From NCBI GenBank assembly GCA_964016885.1, contig OZ024742.1:317254001-317318000 (forward strand): a stretch of DNA of 64,000 nucleotides. The letters are read 5' to 3'. Shown here piece after piece: positions 39,186 through 51,200 of the stretch (position 1 is its first letter; every line of letters starts with the position of its first letter). The position numbers and the translations under genes are program-made. This DNA is from Eledone cirrhosa (taxonomy: Eukaryota). Below the pieces are notes generated by a model, which saw only the letters and a program-made list of their open reading frames with translations, ran no database searches and was not told the DNA's origin.

Positions 39186-41258
39186 TTACCTTACTTCTCG
39201 TAGAGGAGGGATGGTTTTTACATCCCTTTTCACTTGATCGTCTGGTGAAGGGACCGTTGAATCGTCCCTTCGGCTGGTTGTTGGCTCTTCTATGAGTATG
39301 TCCGAATATACTCTTCGATTGAGAGTCCCTCCTAGGTCTCTGAAATCACCAACTGCGTTGGAGAATTTCGTTTTAATGTTTGTGTATTGTTTCTGTGCTA
39401 TTTTTAGCAGTCTTATGTTAGTTGGCGTTTTGATTGGTGCTGGTATTATGTAGTCGTGTTGTGAAATGTCTGTGTGTTCAATTATGTAAGTCATTAGTTT
39501 CTTGTTGTGTGTATTTATTGCTGTGCATTTGTTCTTCTGGGGGTGGGGGGTGGTTCTGCTATTTTCTTGTCGTTGTTGCTGGGTGTGTGTGTTTTGTTGT
39601 TGTGTTTGCGATGTTGGTGCTTGTGGTGGTGGCGTTGAAGGTGTTGTTGTTGTTGGCGGTGGAGTTTTCGCCGGTGGTGATGGTGGTGCTAGTGTGGGTG
39701 GTGATGGTGTTGGTGGTGTTGCTGCTGTGAGTCTCTTTGCAGTAGCCTTTACCCTTTTTTCATTTCTTTCCTCCCTTTTCGAAGGCGACGATGCGCTGCT
39801 TCTGCGTTTGTGACTTCTTACGACCATTTGCCATCCCTCTCCCACCTCACACTCCATGTCTGATTCTGTGAGGTCGGGGAGGGGTACCAGCTCCACTCTT
39901 TCACTTGTTGTTGTTGGTGATGTTTGCACTGGAGTCTCTGTTGCAGCTGCATTTGGTATTGCTGTTGTTGTTGTTAATACTTCCACTGCTGCTGTTGTTT
40001 TTGATTTCTGTGGCGTGGGTATGGGTGCCACAGACCTATCGTTCCTGGTTGCCGCTTGTCCTGTTGCTGGTAGCCGTGGAGCCGGTTTCGAAAGGAGGAG
40101 GGTTTTCTCCTTTCTCAGGGTCTTCTCGTTGCAGAAGGCCCTGAGGTGAGTCTTCGATCCACAGCGAAAGCATTTCGGGCGTTTGCCCTCAACACTTATG
40201 GGCAATTGAGTGCCGTTATCGAAGTCTATCACATCCGGGATAGCTTCGATGCACTCCTGGTTGGTTTGGATTAACATCTCAATGGAGGTGCCGACCCAAT
40301 CTTCTCTTACTTTTTTCTGTACTTGCAGTACAGTTGTTTTGTCCTCGATTCCGACGAGGACAGACGCGGCCAGCCAAGAAGGGGCCATCCCAGGGGGGAC
40401 GTGGGTCAGTTTGACCCTCACAATTTTTTGCCCGCAATAGGAGGGCACCAACACCATTTCCTCGCTCCTTAGGGTCACTAAGGATTGATCCTTTGCCTCC
40501 TGGGGTGTGGAAAAAAGTACGTTACGGTGGCATATTTTTTGCCTCGGGTGATGTACGTTTTCCGCTGCCACACAGACCCCAAGGCTTTTTGTATTTGGGC
40601 CTCTGTGGCTCTTTCCACCCTACGGGATTTTGTACTTACTGTACGGTACGTGACCGTACAGTGCTCTTGGGTTTTGAAAAATCTTTCCGCTGCCTTGCAG
40701 ATTGCTCGGTGTCCGTTCTTTGTCACCATCTTCTTCGCTTCCTCTAATTCCTCATTTGTTATGAGGATTGTTTCCAAGTTTTTCGCAATACCTGCAAATG
40801 AGATTGGTTTTTCTCTGCTGTTGTTGTTGTCGTCAGAGCTGCTGGTACTTTTGTTGTTGCTGCAGGTACTACGACTACTGCCTCCGCGGCTGTTGCTGTG
40901 GTTGTTGTTGGTGTTGCTGCTGATAATGCTGTTGTTGTTTATGCTGCTGGTGATGCTGTTGCGGCTGCTACTGTTGTTTTCATTGTCACTGTTGCTGTTG
41001 TTATTACGGCTGCTGCTATTATTCCTGAGGTCAGACGAATGAACTGGGTTTTCGTATTTCCCGCACACCTGTTTCGTCGCTGTCGTCCTCGTCGTGAAGA
41101 AACCTTGCACGCTTTGCACGAGACTTTTCTTTTCTTTCGTCGCTTGCGAAAGAGAAGGGAGGGAGAGAGACAATCTTCTCTCTGCTGTAGTGACGATTGA
41201 GGAAGAAGAAGACGGAATGAGTGGGAGTGACCTCAGAAAATTCTTTTTCGTAGCCATG
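39186..41258 (-). pseudogene. ORF1 of element C
   Basis: Asn/Ser-rich N-terminus, RVERATEAQIQKALG, CCHC knuckle, frameshift at ~40520. Ends PLREVR*. Confidence 0.85.
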
Positions 41259-41472
41259 TTGTTTTTTTGTTTAAAATAAATATTGGGCACAAAACCCCAA
41301 TAAGCAGTTATTTAACCCCGAAGGGCCAAATAAGGGGCAGAAAGACCCCTCTCACGAGGAGGAGGGTGTTTTTGTCTACAAGTTGGTTAAAGTTTTAAAC
41401 AATTTACAATTGTTATAGCGGTCAAAATTTACAATACCTTACAGAGCCGAGCCTCCGTCAACCATGGCATTC

Positions 41473-41501
<29 letters not shown>

Positions 41502-41503
<2 letters not shown>

Positions 41504-44500
41504 CTTTCTTTATTAACCACAATGGTTTACATAAATTAGACATTAAGGACAGTACAGGACAATACAGGACGGTACAAATGGGCATTTCTGCGTGTAAAAA
41601 AAACAAAAAACAGAGGATTTAACAAAAAAAGAAACAATGAAAAATTTCCCAATAGGGGGGAGACTTCCGAGGGCCATCGTGGAGAAAGCCCATTAAAAAA
41701 GCCACGGTGATCCCGACCACCAGGGCAAGTGCCCTCTCCCAATTTTCCACCTTCAATTTACAGGCACATACTCAGAGTAGGCCCATTCACACGAGCCATT
41801 CTTGCCTCTCTCAGCCATCTTTCAACAAAATGCTGGGAAGAGAGCACTTCCCTCTCTACCCTGATTTTCCTTTTCAAATGAAATTTTAAAATGTTAATCA
41901 GGGCATCACCGAAGAGGTAAGTGCCCTTTCAAACGCGTCCACCATACCATCTCTTTCGCCATGGCCACCAGACAGATAAAAATTGCTTGCCCTCACGGTG
42001 GACTCAGCTGGTGGCTGGATCCGTCCTACACGCGACAGCAGGTGTTCGACATAAATCCACAAGTCAGCAATGCTCGGAAACTGGACGAGTGCGTGCAGGA
42101 CGGGTTCGTCGCCCTGCGCGCATCTCGAACATGCCCGGCTGACGGCACCTCCATGCCTGTAGATTTTATCCCGAACTGGCAAAGCTCCTCCGTAGCACTG
42201 CCAGGCCAGGGATTTCTGGAAGTTGTCCATAGGCCCCGGCTCGAAAGTTCTTCCGAAGAAATTGGCTAGTTGATTTTCGTCGACGCCTAGAGTTTCCCCA
42301 AATACGTCGTCGCTCTTCCCCTCCACTAATCCTCTATAGAACGCCAAGGTCGAGTTTCCCCCGATCACATTGCCCGATTGGTCGAGGGCAGTGAGCGCCT
42401 GAAGACATTCCAGTCTCCAAAAGCTCCCTCTCGGTCTTCGCTTGACCCAGGACAGCAGTTCCGTCAAGGAGACGAGCTGGGGAAAGACGTGTCTAGCAAA
42501 GGCGGCCACACCTAATCACCTTCGAGGAAGAGATGGAATTGTCGTAGCCTGAGCGCCTGTCTGCGTATCATCAGCTACGACATGCGCACCCTCCCCGTAG
42601 CGGGTGTTGGCAGCAGATGGACCGCCTGACCATCGGAGCGCGTCCCTTCCACAAAAGGCGAAACAGCAAACGCTCCAGCGCAGTCAAGCGAGGCTTAGGA
42701 CAAGGTACAACGGTCAGGCGGTAGTAGATGACGGACGCGATGTACGCGTTAGCCTCCTCCGCTCGACCTTTCAAGTATAGCTTCCTCTCCGCCAAATTCT
42801 GGGTGAGAGAATCCACCCTGCTCGTCACCTCGTCCCAGTTTTTGTCCGTCTGGAGGTCCGGGCCGAACCAGACCCCTAGCAATTTAACCGGTCCGTCCGT
42901 CCAGCGCCCGATAACGCTGTTGGACGGCATGGACCTGCCTCTCCAGGTGCCGAGCTGCAGGCCCACCGACTTTTCCTGGTTGATCATTGCTCCTGTCACC
43001 GCTTCGTATTCTCTTAGTGTAGTGCCGATCGCCTCGATGTGTTTGGCGTTCGACACCATTACGTTGACATCGTCCGCATATGCTGACACGGATCTTCCGC
43101 ATCCTAGTTCGCGCGGGACCCCCCTCAACGTCTACAGTTTGTGCAGTAATGGCTCGAGAGTCAATATGTACAAGAGGGACGAGAGGGGACATCCTTGGCG
43201 GACCGAGCGCATGATGTTGAACGGTTCAGAAAGGTGACCGTTCACTCTCACCACTGAGCAGGTGTCGCTGTGCATGGCAGCGATCCAGCCTCTGAAGACG
43301 GGCCCAAAGCCAGCCACCCTCAGTACTGCCGCCAGATAACGATGGTCGAACCCATCGAAAGCTTTCGACTGATCTAAATTGATCAAGGACCCACCCGTGC
43401 CAGGTTCCCTAGCTATCCTCTCTACGATGTATCGCATGAGGTGTAGGTTGACGTGGATGCGCCAACCTCGTTGCTAGCACCTTGGCCAAAATCTTGAACT
43501 CTGTGTTTAGCAGAGTTATGGGCCTTTAGCAGTATTGGTTATAGATGTTATCGCCACTTTAGCGGGGTGGTAGAATCAGTGGTCGTTAGTTGCCAGTGTG
43601 GTAAGTGATAGTATCCTTGTTGGATTATCTTGTTGACATAGACGTGAGGGAAGGTCCCTCGATCTATTTACCATCTATTTACAATATTCCTTTCGTCAGG
43701 TCACCAATTCCAGCAGCATGGATTAAAGATGTTATTGAGATGCAAGTGACATAATAACAGCAGAAATTAGAGATGAAATGTTTGTTTATTTATATGGTTG
43801 AAGTTACAGATACAAAGAGGTTACAATGGGAAATGTGCCATTGCGCCGTTAAGCCGGCGAGGCTAGGGGTGCAATATCTCACTCCTACATTATGCGTGTT
43901 GCTGGCTCGAAGTTTCTGGTACAAGCTAAAGATTCTTCAAATCTTCGCGGGGAGATTCTTCCTCAGGGCGCGTAGGGATACATCCTCTTCTACTGGCGCT
44001 GATTGGCTGAACTGAGCCAAATCACGCACAGAGAATGTATGTGAGCCCGCAGAATGTAGGTCACTACAGGCCTGAAAGTATCTATGTTATCCCCATTGTT
44101 CGGATCTTTTCTCAGCAGCGCCACCGCTCCTTTGCTCACAGAGCTGGGAATTCTCCCGTTCTGTTGCCAGTTGCAGTAGACGTCCGCCAAGAGGCCTCCG
44201 AACAAGTCTGGCATCTGTACGTAAAGTTCATAGGGCAGACCATCCAAACCAGGCGATTTACCCCTTGTGCAGCCAGTCATTGTCTCCCGTATTTCAGCTG
44301 CTGTTATCGGCTTTTCGCAACAATCCGCCTCAGTGACCGAGAGCCGCGGCAGTCCGTCGAGGTAGACACTAAAGTCCATCCCCCGATCCGGCCCGCCGCT
44401 TCCACAGAACAGCTGAGCGAAGTGTCGCTGAAAAGCTTCACACATTTGCCCGGCATCGAGTAGCATGCGTCCGTCGTGGTCCACCAAAGATCGGATCGTG

Positions 44501-46342
44501 GCTTTGTTGCCACGACGCGCTTCCGCCACTCGGGCCCATTGAACGGCTTTCGTCCCCTCGTGTCTGAGAGCACGCACCCTAGCTTTGACAACGCAGCCTT
44601 CTTCGTAATTTGCATTGAAGAATTGGTCAAGGGCCAATTTCGCCGCAAGTACGTCGGTCGCGATGCCTTTGCTAAGCGCCTCGTCTAATTTTCTAACTAA
44701 TTCTCCCTCTGCTCTATTTTTCTCTATTGCTAAAGCCATACTAAACCTAATGGACTCTATCCTAATCGCTCTTTTCAGAGCAAACCACCACTTGTTGTTG
44801 ACGATGGCCCCGGTCAACGCCCGCTTAATTAGTTCGCTAATCCAGTCTCTGTAAGCCTTGCGCGCAGGTAAGGACGCGTTTAGCTTCCAGTAGCCGGGTC
44901 CTCGTCTATGAAGCCTATCTAAGTCAAGCACACAGATCACGAATTTGGTGAGTCACTGGGGTGGGTAAGAGAGGTGGCCTCAACTTTTTAGCCTGCGGAC
45001 AGAAAGCCTTTAGGTGGGTTCTTTCACCACAAATGACACATCTAGGCCTTCTACTCTCAACGATTACGGTGAGGTGGCTGCCGTCAGTGAGGTCTATCGC
45101 CTCTGGAATTTCCTAAATGTTTTTTGTCCGCTTGGATCAGGAGTTCCATCCCAGATCCGTACCAGTTCTCCTGCTTTTCTTTTGTTACCTCAATTATTTT
45201 CGTGTTGGCCTCGATGCCGGCGAGGACGACAGCCATTAGCCAGGGAATTTCGATGGCCGGTGGTACGTGGGTTACCCTTATTTTTACGAGTCTCTGAACA
45301 CAATAGCTTGGGACGAGTGTGAAATCGTCACTTCTTAATGGGGCCATGGAGTGCTCTCTGGCTTCCTGTGGGGTTCCAAAGAACGCGTCCACGGTACCAT
45401 ATTTCTGCCCACGTCTGATGTGGGGTTTTTTCGCCCACACATGTCCCAAAGCTTTTTGTATCTGGGACTCGGATGCCCGTTCCACTCAGCATGATTTTGT
45501 ATTTATCGTCCGATATGATACGGTGCATAGGCGCCGATGCTCCATTTTATTAGATGGGGGAGGGGCTGACCCTGTACCCATCTTTTTTTACCATTCTCTT
45601 GGCTTCATTTACTTCCTCCTGGCTTACCTCGATTGTTTCGCTTTTCTTGGCTGCTTTGGCAAACGACACATTTTGTTTTGCGCTGGTGTTGATGTTGTTA
45701 TTCTCATTGTTGTTGTTGTTGCTGTTGTTGTTATTGTTATTTTTGTTATTGTTATTTTTAGTTTCAGTTGTGGTGGTGGTGTCAGTGGTGTTCGGCGTGG
45801 AAGAGTCGATTCTGGGTGAATCCATTTCGATGTCACGAGATAATAATTTATTTTTGGGGGTTTCTGTTGTCGCTGTGGTGGTGGTGGTATCAGTGGTGTC
45901 CGTTATTATTTTTGACATTATGGTGGTGGGGATGGCGGCTTTAACACCTGCAGTTAATTGTAATGGCGGGAAATCCATGTCTTTATGCGGCAATTCTAAA
46001 TAATTCAAACTGCTATTAATTATATTTTCAGTGTTGGGAACCGTAGAAAAGCTTACAATAGTGTTGGTGTTGGTGGTGGTGGGGGAGAGGGTGTTGGTCT
46101 GTTAAAACCAGTAAATTTGTCGTCCATGTCTTTTTTTTCAAAGAAATATTTTGTTTTATAAATAAAAAGTTAAATTTTGGGGCTCAAGGACCCAATATTT
46201 TTTGTGTCGTTTACAAAAAGCAATATATGTGAACTTATAAACACTTAATAACAAAAATTTTCCGTAACTGACAATTTGAAACAACTGAAAACAACAAACC
46301 TTTGCGGAGCTGACGATAATACGATTTCCTACGTAGGTCGCC
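41502..46342 (-). mobile_element. Tx1-like retrotransposon D, internally deleted, with nested insertion
   Basis: Same 5' end as B (GGCGACCTACGTAGGAAATCGTATTATCG) and B-type ORF1. A deletion at ~44945 joins ORF1 (PTPVT) to the end of the endonuclease (KFVICVLD). RT with YADD. 3'UTR followed by (AAT)n at 41473-41501. Confidence 0.92.
43525..44068 (-). mobile_element. 544-bp insertion in the RT of D, probable solo LTR
   Basis: Interrupts FRP|ITLLN. GGCC is duplicated at 43521-43524 and 44069-44072. The minus strand starts TGTAGTG, ends TGCTAAA (one change from TGCTACA) and contains AATAAA. Confidence 0.7.
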
Positions 46343-46346
46343 AATA

Positions 46347-46407
<61 letters not shown>
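46343..46407. repeat. (AAT)n: SINE 3' tail and target of D
   Basis: The run lies between the 5' end of D and the 3' end (tgtttctactttggcacaagg) of a minus-strand SINE. Confidence 0.9.
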
Positions 46408-46408
<1 letters not shown>

Positions 46409-46835
46409 TGTTTCTACTTTGGCACAAGGCCAGCAATTACCCAGTACATTACTGGTACTTTATTTTATCGACCCCGTAAGGATGAAAGGCAAAGTTGACC
46501 TCGGCGGGATTAACTTTGCCTAGTATTTACTTTAGGCACAAGGCCAGCAATTTGAAGTGGAGGGGAAAGTCGATTAAATCGACCCAGTCTATTACTGGTG
46601 CTTTATTTTATCGACCCCGTAAAATAATGGTTTCTTATAAAGGCACAAGGCCAGCAATTTTGGGGGAGGGGAAAGTCGATTAAATCCACCCCAGTGCGTG
46701 ACTGGTACTTTATTTTATCGACCCCATAAGGATGAAAGGCAAAGTTAACCTCGGCGGGATTTGAACTCAGATCATAAAAGGCCGTAACTCCATACTGCAA
46801 AGCATCACGTCCGACCTCTACCGATACTGTCAATC
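46407..46835 (-). mobile_element. Three stacked SINE family 1 copies (two 5'-truncated)
   Basis: ggcacaaggccagcaa occurs near 46422, 46535 and 46642. The last copy extends through box B to the tRNA-like head. Confidence 0.85.
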
Positions 46836-47253
46836 AGATATTAATATGTGGAATATCTTAGAATAAGAAAAACAAAAAAAAACACAATGGTTTCATTAAT
46901 CATTTCTACGATGTTGAAGTGGAAGAAGCGGAAGGCAAGAAGCAGGGGTGTGGTGAAAAAGATAATGACATCTTTAGCAACACGCAACCCTCCTTTTTTC
47001 ATCTATTTTCCAACACACCACGCATCTTCTTTATCAGCTCTACATCTATTTAACCACATTATGACAACAGCTTATAAACCCTTTTCTTTTCGAAAATATA
47101 ATTAAAAATACGATCTTTACGTCAACAAAAACCACCAAAAGAAAATAGTTATGAAGAAGGATCTAGCGAGAATTGAATAATTGTCAAGCGATGAATGAGG
47201 TAAACTAGAGCTGCTGTAGAGGGTGGAGTGGGTGTGGGGGAAGAAAGGAGAGA

Positions 47254-48210
47254 CGAAGAAGAAGAAGAAGAAGAAGAAGAAGAAGAAGAAGATGATGGTG
47301 GTGGTGGTGGTGGTGGTGGTGGAGTTGCTGTTGGTGTTGGTGTTGTTGTTGTAGTTGGTGTTGTTGGTGGTGATGGTGGTGGTAGTGTTGTTGTTGGTGG
47401 TGATGTTGGTGGTGGTTGTGGTGCTGTTGGTGGTGGTGTTGGTGGTGTTGTTGGTGTTGTTGTTGGTGGTGGTGGTGTTGTTGTTGTTGGTGGTGGTGTT
47501 GGTGGATGTGGTGGGGGGTCGTGTTGTTGTTGTTGGTGGTGGTGGTGTAGTTGTTGTTGTTGTTGGTGGTGGTGGTGGTGCTATAGTTGTTGGTGTTGGT
47601 GGTGTTGTTGTTTGTGTTGTTGGTGGTGATGATAATGATGATGGTGGTGGTGGTGATAATGGTGGTGATGATGATGATGATGATGATGATAATGATGATG
47701 ATGACGATGATGCTGGCGATGATGATAATGATGATGATGATAATGATGATGGTAATAATGAAAGAGGAACGAAGATGGTGATGGTGATGATGATGATGAC
47801 AACAACGAGGACGATGATGATTATGATGATGTTGATGGCGATGATGATGATGATGAAAGAGGAACGAAGAAGAAGAAGAAGAAGAAGAAGAAGAACAACA
47901 ACAACAACAACAACAACACCAACAACAACAACAACAACAACAACAACAGCAGCAGCAGCACTAGTAACAACAACAACAACAACAACAGCAACGACAACAG
48001 CAGTAACAACAACAACAGCAACAGCAACGACAACAGCAGTAACAACAACAACAGCAACAGTAGCAACGACAACAACAACAACAAAAAGAAGAAAAACAAA
48101 ACCACAGCATAACCTCAGAACGAATGAAAGAGATAAAGAATATATGGATGAATAAATGAATGAAAGGGAGAGGAAAGGAAAGGAAAGGAAAGAAAAGGAA
48201 AAGGAAAATA
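47254..48210. repeat. Mosaic of (GAA)n, (GGT/GTT)n, (GAT)n, (CAA/CAG)n and (GGAAA)n repeats
   Basis: Visible directly in the sequence. The ORFs here are homopolymeric artefacts. Confidence 0.9.
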
Positions 48211-48274
48211 AGAGAAGAATAAAAAATAAATAACTAATAGAGGATGGAAGCTGAAAAAATGGAAAATACTAAAG

Positions 48275-51200
48275 GATGATGAGAAGGGGGAGATGGTGGC
48301 TGAGGTGATGACTACGATGATGGCTATGACAAGATAATGAGAAGGGGGGAGATGGTGGCTGAGGTGATGACTACGATGATGGCTATGACAAGATAATGAG
48401 AAGGGGGGAGATGGTGGCTGAGGTGATGACTACGATGATGGCTATGACATGTTAATGAGAAGGGGGGAGATGGTGGCTGAGGTGATGACTACGATGATGG
48501 CTATGACATGTTAATGAGAAGGGGGATGGTGGCTGAAGTGATGACTACGATGATGGCTATGACAAGATAATGAGAAGGGGGGAGATGGTGGCTGAGGTGA
48601 TGACTACGATAATGGTTATGACAAGATAATGAGAAGGGGGGAGATGGTGGCTGAGGTGATGACTACGATGATGGCTATGACAAGATAATGAGAAGGGGGA
48701 GATGGTGGCTGAGGTGATGACTACGATGATGGCTATGACAAGATAATGAGAAGGGGAGATGGTGGCTGAAGTGATGACTACGATGATGGCTATGACAAGA
48801 TAATGAGAAGGGGGGAGATGGTGGCTGAGGTGATGACTACGATGATGGCTATGACATGTTAATGAGAAGGGGAGATGGTGGCTGAAGTGATGACTACGAT
48901 GATGGCTATGACAAGATAATGAGAAGGGGGAGATGGTGGCTGAGGTGATGACTACGATAATGGTTATGACAAGATAATGAGAAGGGGGGAGATGGTGGCT
49001 GAGGTGATGACTACGATGATGGCTATGACAAGATGATGAGAAGGGGGGAGATGGTGGCTGAGGTGATGACTACGATGATGGCTATGACAAAGGGATGAGA
49101 AGGGGGAGATGGTGGCTGAAGTGATGACTAAGATGATGGCTATGACAAGATGATGAGAGAGGGGGGCCTGAAGTGATGACTAAGATGATGGCTATGACAA
49201 AGGGATGAGAAGGGGGAGATGGTGGCTGAAGTGATGACAAAGATGATGGCTATGACAAGATGATGAGAAGGGGGAGATGGTGGCTGAAGTGATGACTAAG
49301 ATGATGGCTATGACAAGATGATGAGAAGGGGGGATGGTGGCTGAAGTGATGACTAAGATGATGGCTATGACAAGATGATGAGAAGGGGGGATGGTGGCTG
49401 AAGTGATGACTAAGATGATGGCTATGACAAGATGATGAGAAGGGGGGATGGTGGCTGAAGTGATGACTAAGATGATGGCTATGACAAGATGATGAGAAGG
49501 GGGGGGCTGAAGTGATGACTACGATGATGGCTATGACAAAAGGATGAGAAGGGGGGAGATGGTGGCTGAGGTGATGACTACGATAATGGTTATGACAAGA
49601 TAATGAGAAGGGGGGAGATGGTGGCTGAAGTTATGACTACGATGATGGCTATGACAAGATGATGAGAAGGGGGAGATGGTGGCTGAAGTGATGACTACGA
49701 TGATGGTTATGACAAAAGGATGAGAAGGGGGGAGATGGTGGCTGAGGTGATGACTACGATGATGGCTATGACAAGATGATGAGAAGGGGGGATATGGTGG
49801 CTGAGGTGATGACTAACATGATGGCTATGACAAGATGATGTGAAGGGTGGAGATGGTGGCTGAGGTGATGACTAGCATGATGGCTATGACAAGATGATGA
49901 GAAGGGGGGAGATGGTGGCTGAGGTGATGACTACGATGATGGCTATGACAAAGGGATGAGAAGGGGGGAGATGGTGGCTGAAGTGATGACTACGATGAAG
50001 GCTATGACAAAAGGATGAGAAGGGGGGAGATGGTGGCTGAGGTGATGACTACGATGATGGCTATGACAAAGGGATGAGAAGGGGGGAGATGGTGGCTGAA
50101 GTGATGACTACGATGATGGCTATGACATGTTAATGAGAAGGGGGAGATGGTGGCTGAGGTGATGACTACGATGATGGCTATGACAAGATGATGAGAAGGG
50201 GGGAGATGGTGGCTGAGGTGATGACTACGATGATGGCTATGACAAAGGGATGAGAAGGGGGGAGATGGTGGCTGAAGTGATGACTACGATGATGGCTATG
50301 ACATGTTAATGAGAAGGGGGGAGATGGTGGCTGAGGTGATGACTACGATGATGGCTATGACAAGATAATGAGAAGGGGGGAGATGGTGGCTGAGGTGATG
50401 ACTACGATGATGGCTATGACATGTTAATGAGAAGGGGGATGGTGGCTGAAGTGATGACTACGATGATGGCTATGACAAGATAATGAGAAGGGGGGAGATG
50501 GTGGCTGAGGTGATGACTACGATAATGGTTATGACAAGATAATGAGAAGGGGGGAGATGGTGGCTGAGGTGATGACTACGATGATGGCTATGACAAGATA
50601 ATGAGAAGGGGGAGATGGTGGCTGAGGTGATGACTACGATGATGGCTATGACAAGATAATGAGAAGGGGAGATGGTGGCTGAAGTGATGACTACGATGAT
50701 GGCTATGACAAGATAATGAGAAGGGGGGAGATGGTGGCTGAGGTGATGACTACGATGATGGCTATGACATGTTAATGAGAAGGGGAGATGGTGGCTGAAG
50801 TGATGACTACGATGATGGCTATGACAAGATAATGAGAAGGGGGAGATGGTGGCTGAGGTGATGACTACGATAATGGTTATGACAAGATAATGAGAAGGGG
50901 GGAGATGGTGGCTGAGGTGATGACTACGATAATGGTTATGACAAGATAATGAGAAGGGGGGAGATGGTGGCTGAGGTGATGACTACGATGATGGCTATGA
51001 CAAGATAATGAGAAGGAGGAGATGGTGGCTGAGGGGATGACTACGATGATGGCTATGACAAGATAATGAGAAGGGGAGATGGTGGCTGAGTGATGACTAC
51101 GATGATGGCTATGACAAGATAATGAGAAGGGGGGAGATGGTGGCTGAGGTGATGACTACGATGATGGCTATGACATGTTAATGAGAAGGGGAGATGGTGG

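Larger units (their letters stand above)
35494..41472 (-). mobile_element. Tx1-like retrotransposon C, full length, inactivated by frameshifts
   Basis: ORF1 pieces 40478-41290 and 39186-40571 (CFRCGSKTHLRAFC). ORF2 runs from 39151 (MTSLRIVSIKARGL) to 35747. The 3'UTR is homologous to B. (AAT)n on both sides. Confidence 0.93.

Noticed and set aside
24648-46003. Antisense ORFs overlapping the LINEs (e.g. 25685-26287, 32765-33274, 40485-41042)
   Set aside because: They are shadow frames of GC-rich or low-complexity retrotransposon coding sequence.
24365-46342. One giant DNA transposon or a single inverted duplication
   Set aside because: The copies differ in 5'UTR, ORF1 type and deletions, and their order (A,B versus C,D) is not a mirror image. 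Independent insertions fit better.
47228-48155. Gly/Val/Asp/Thr-rich ORFs
   Set aside because: They are trinucleotide repeat translations with no splice or domain evidence.
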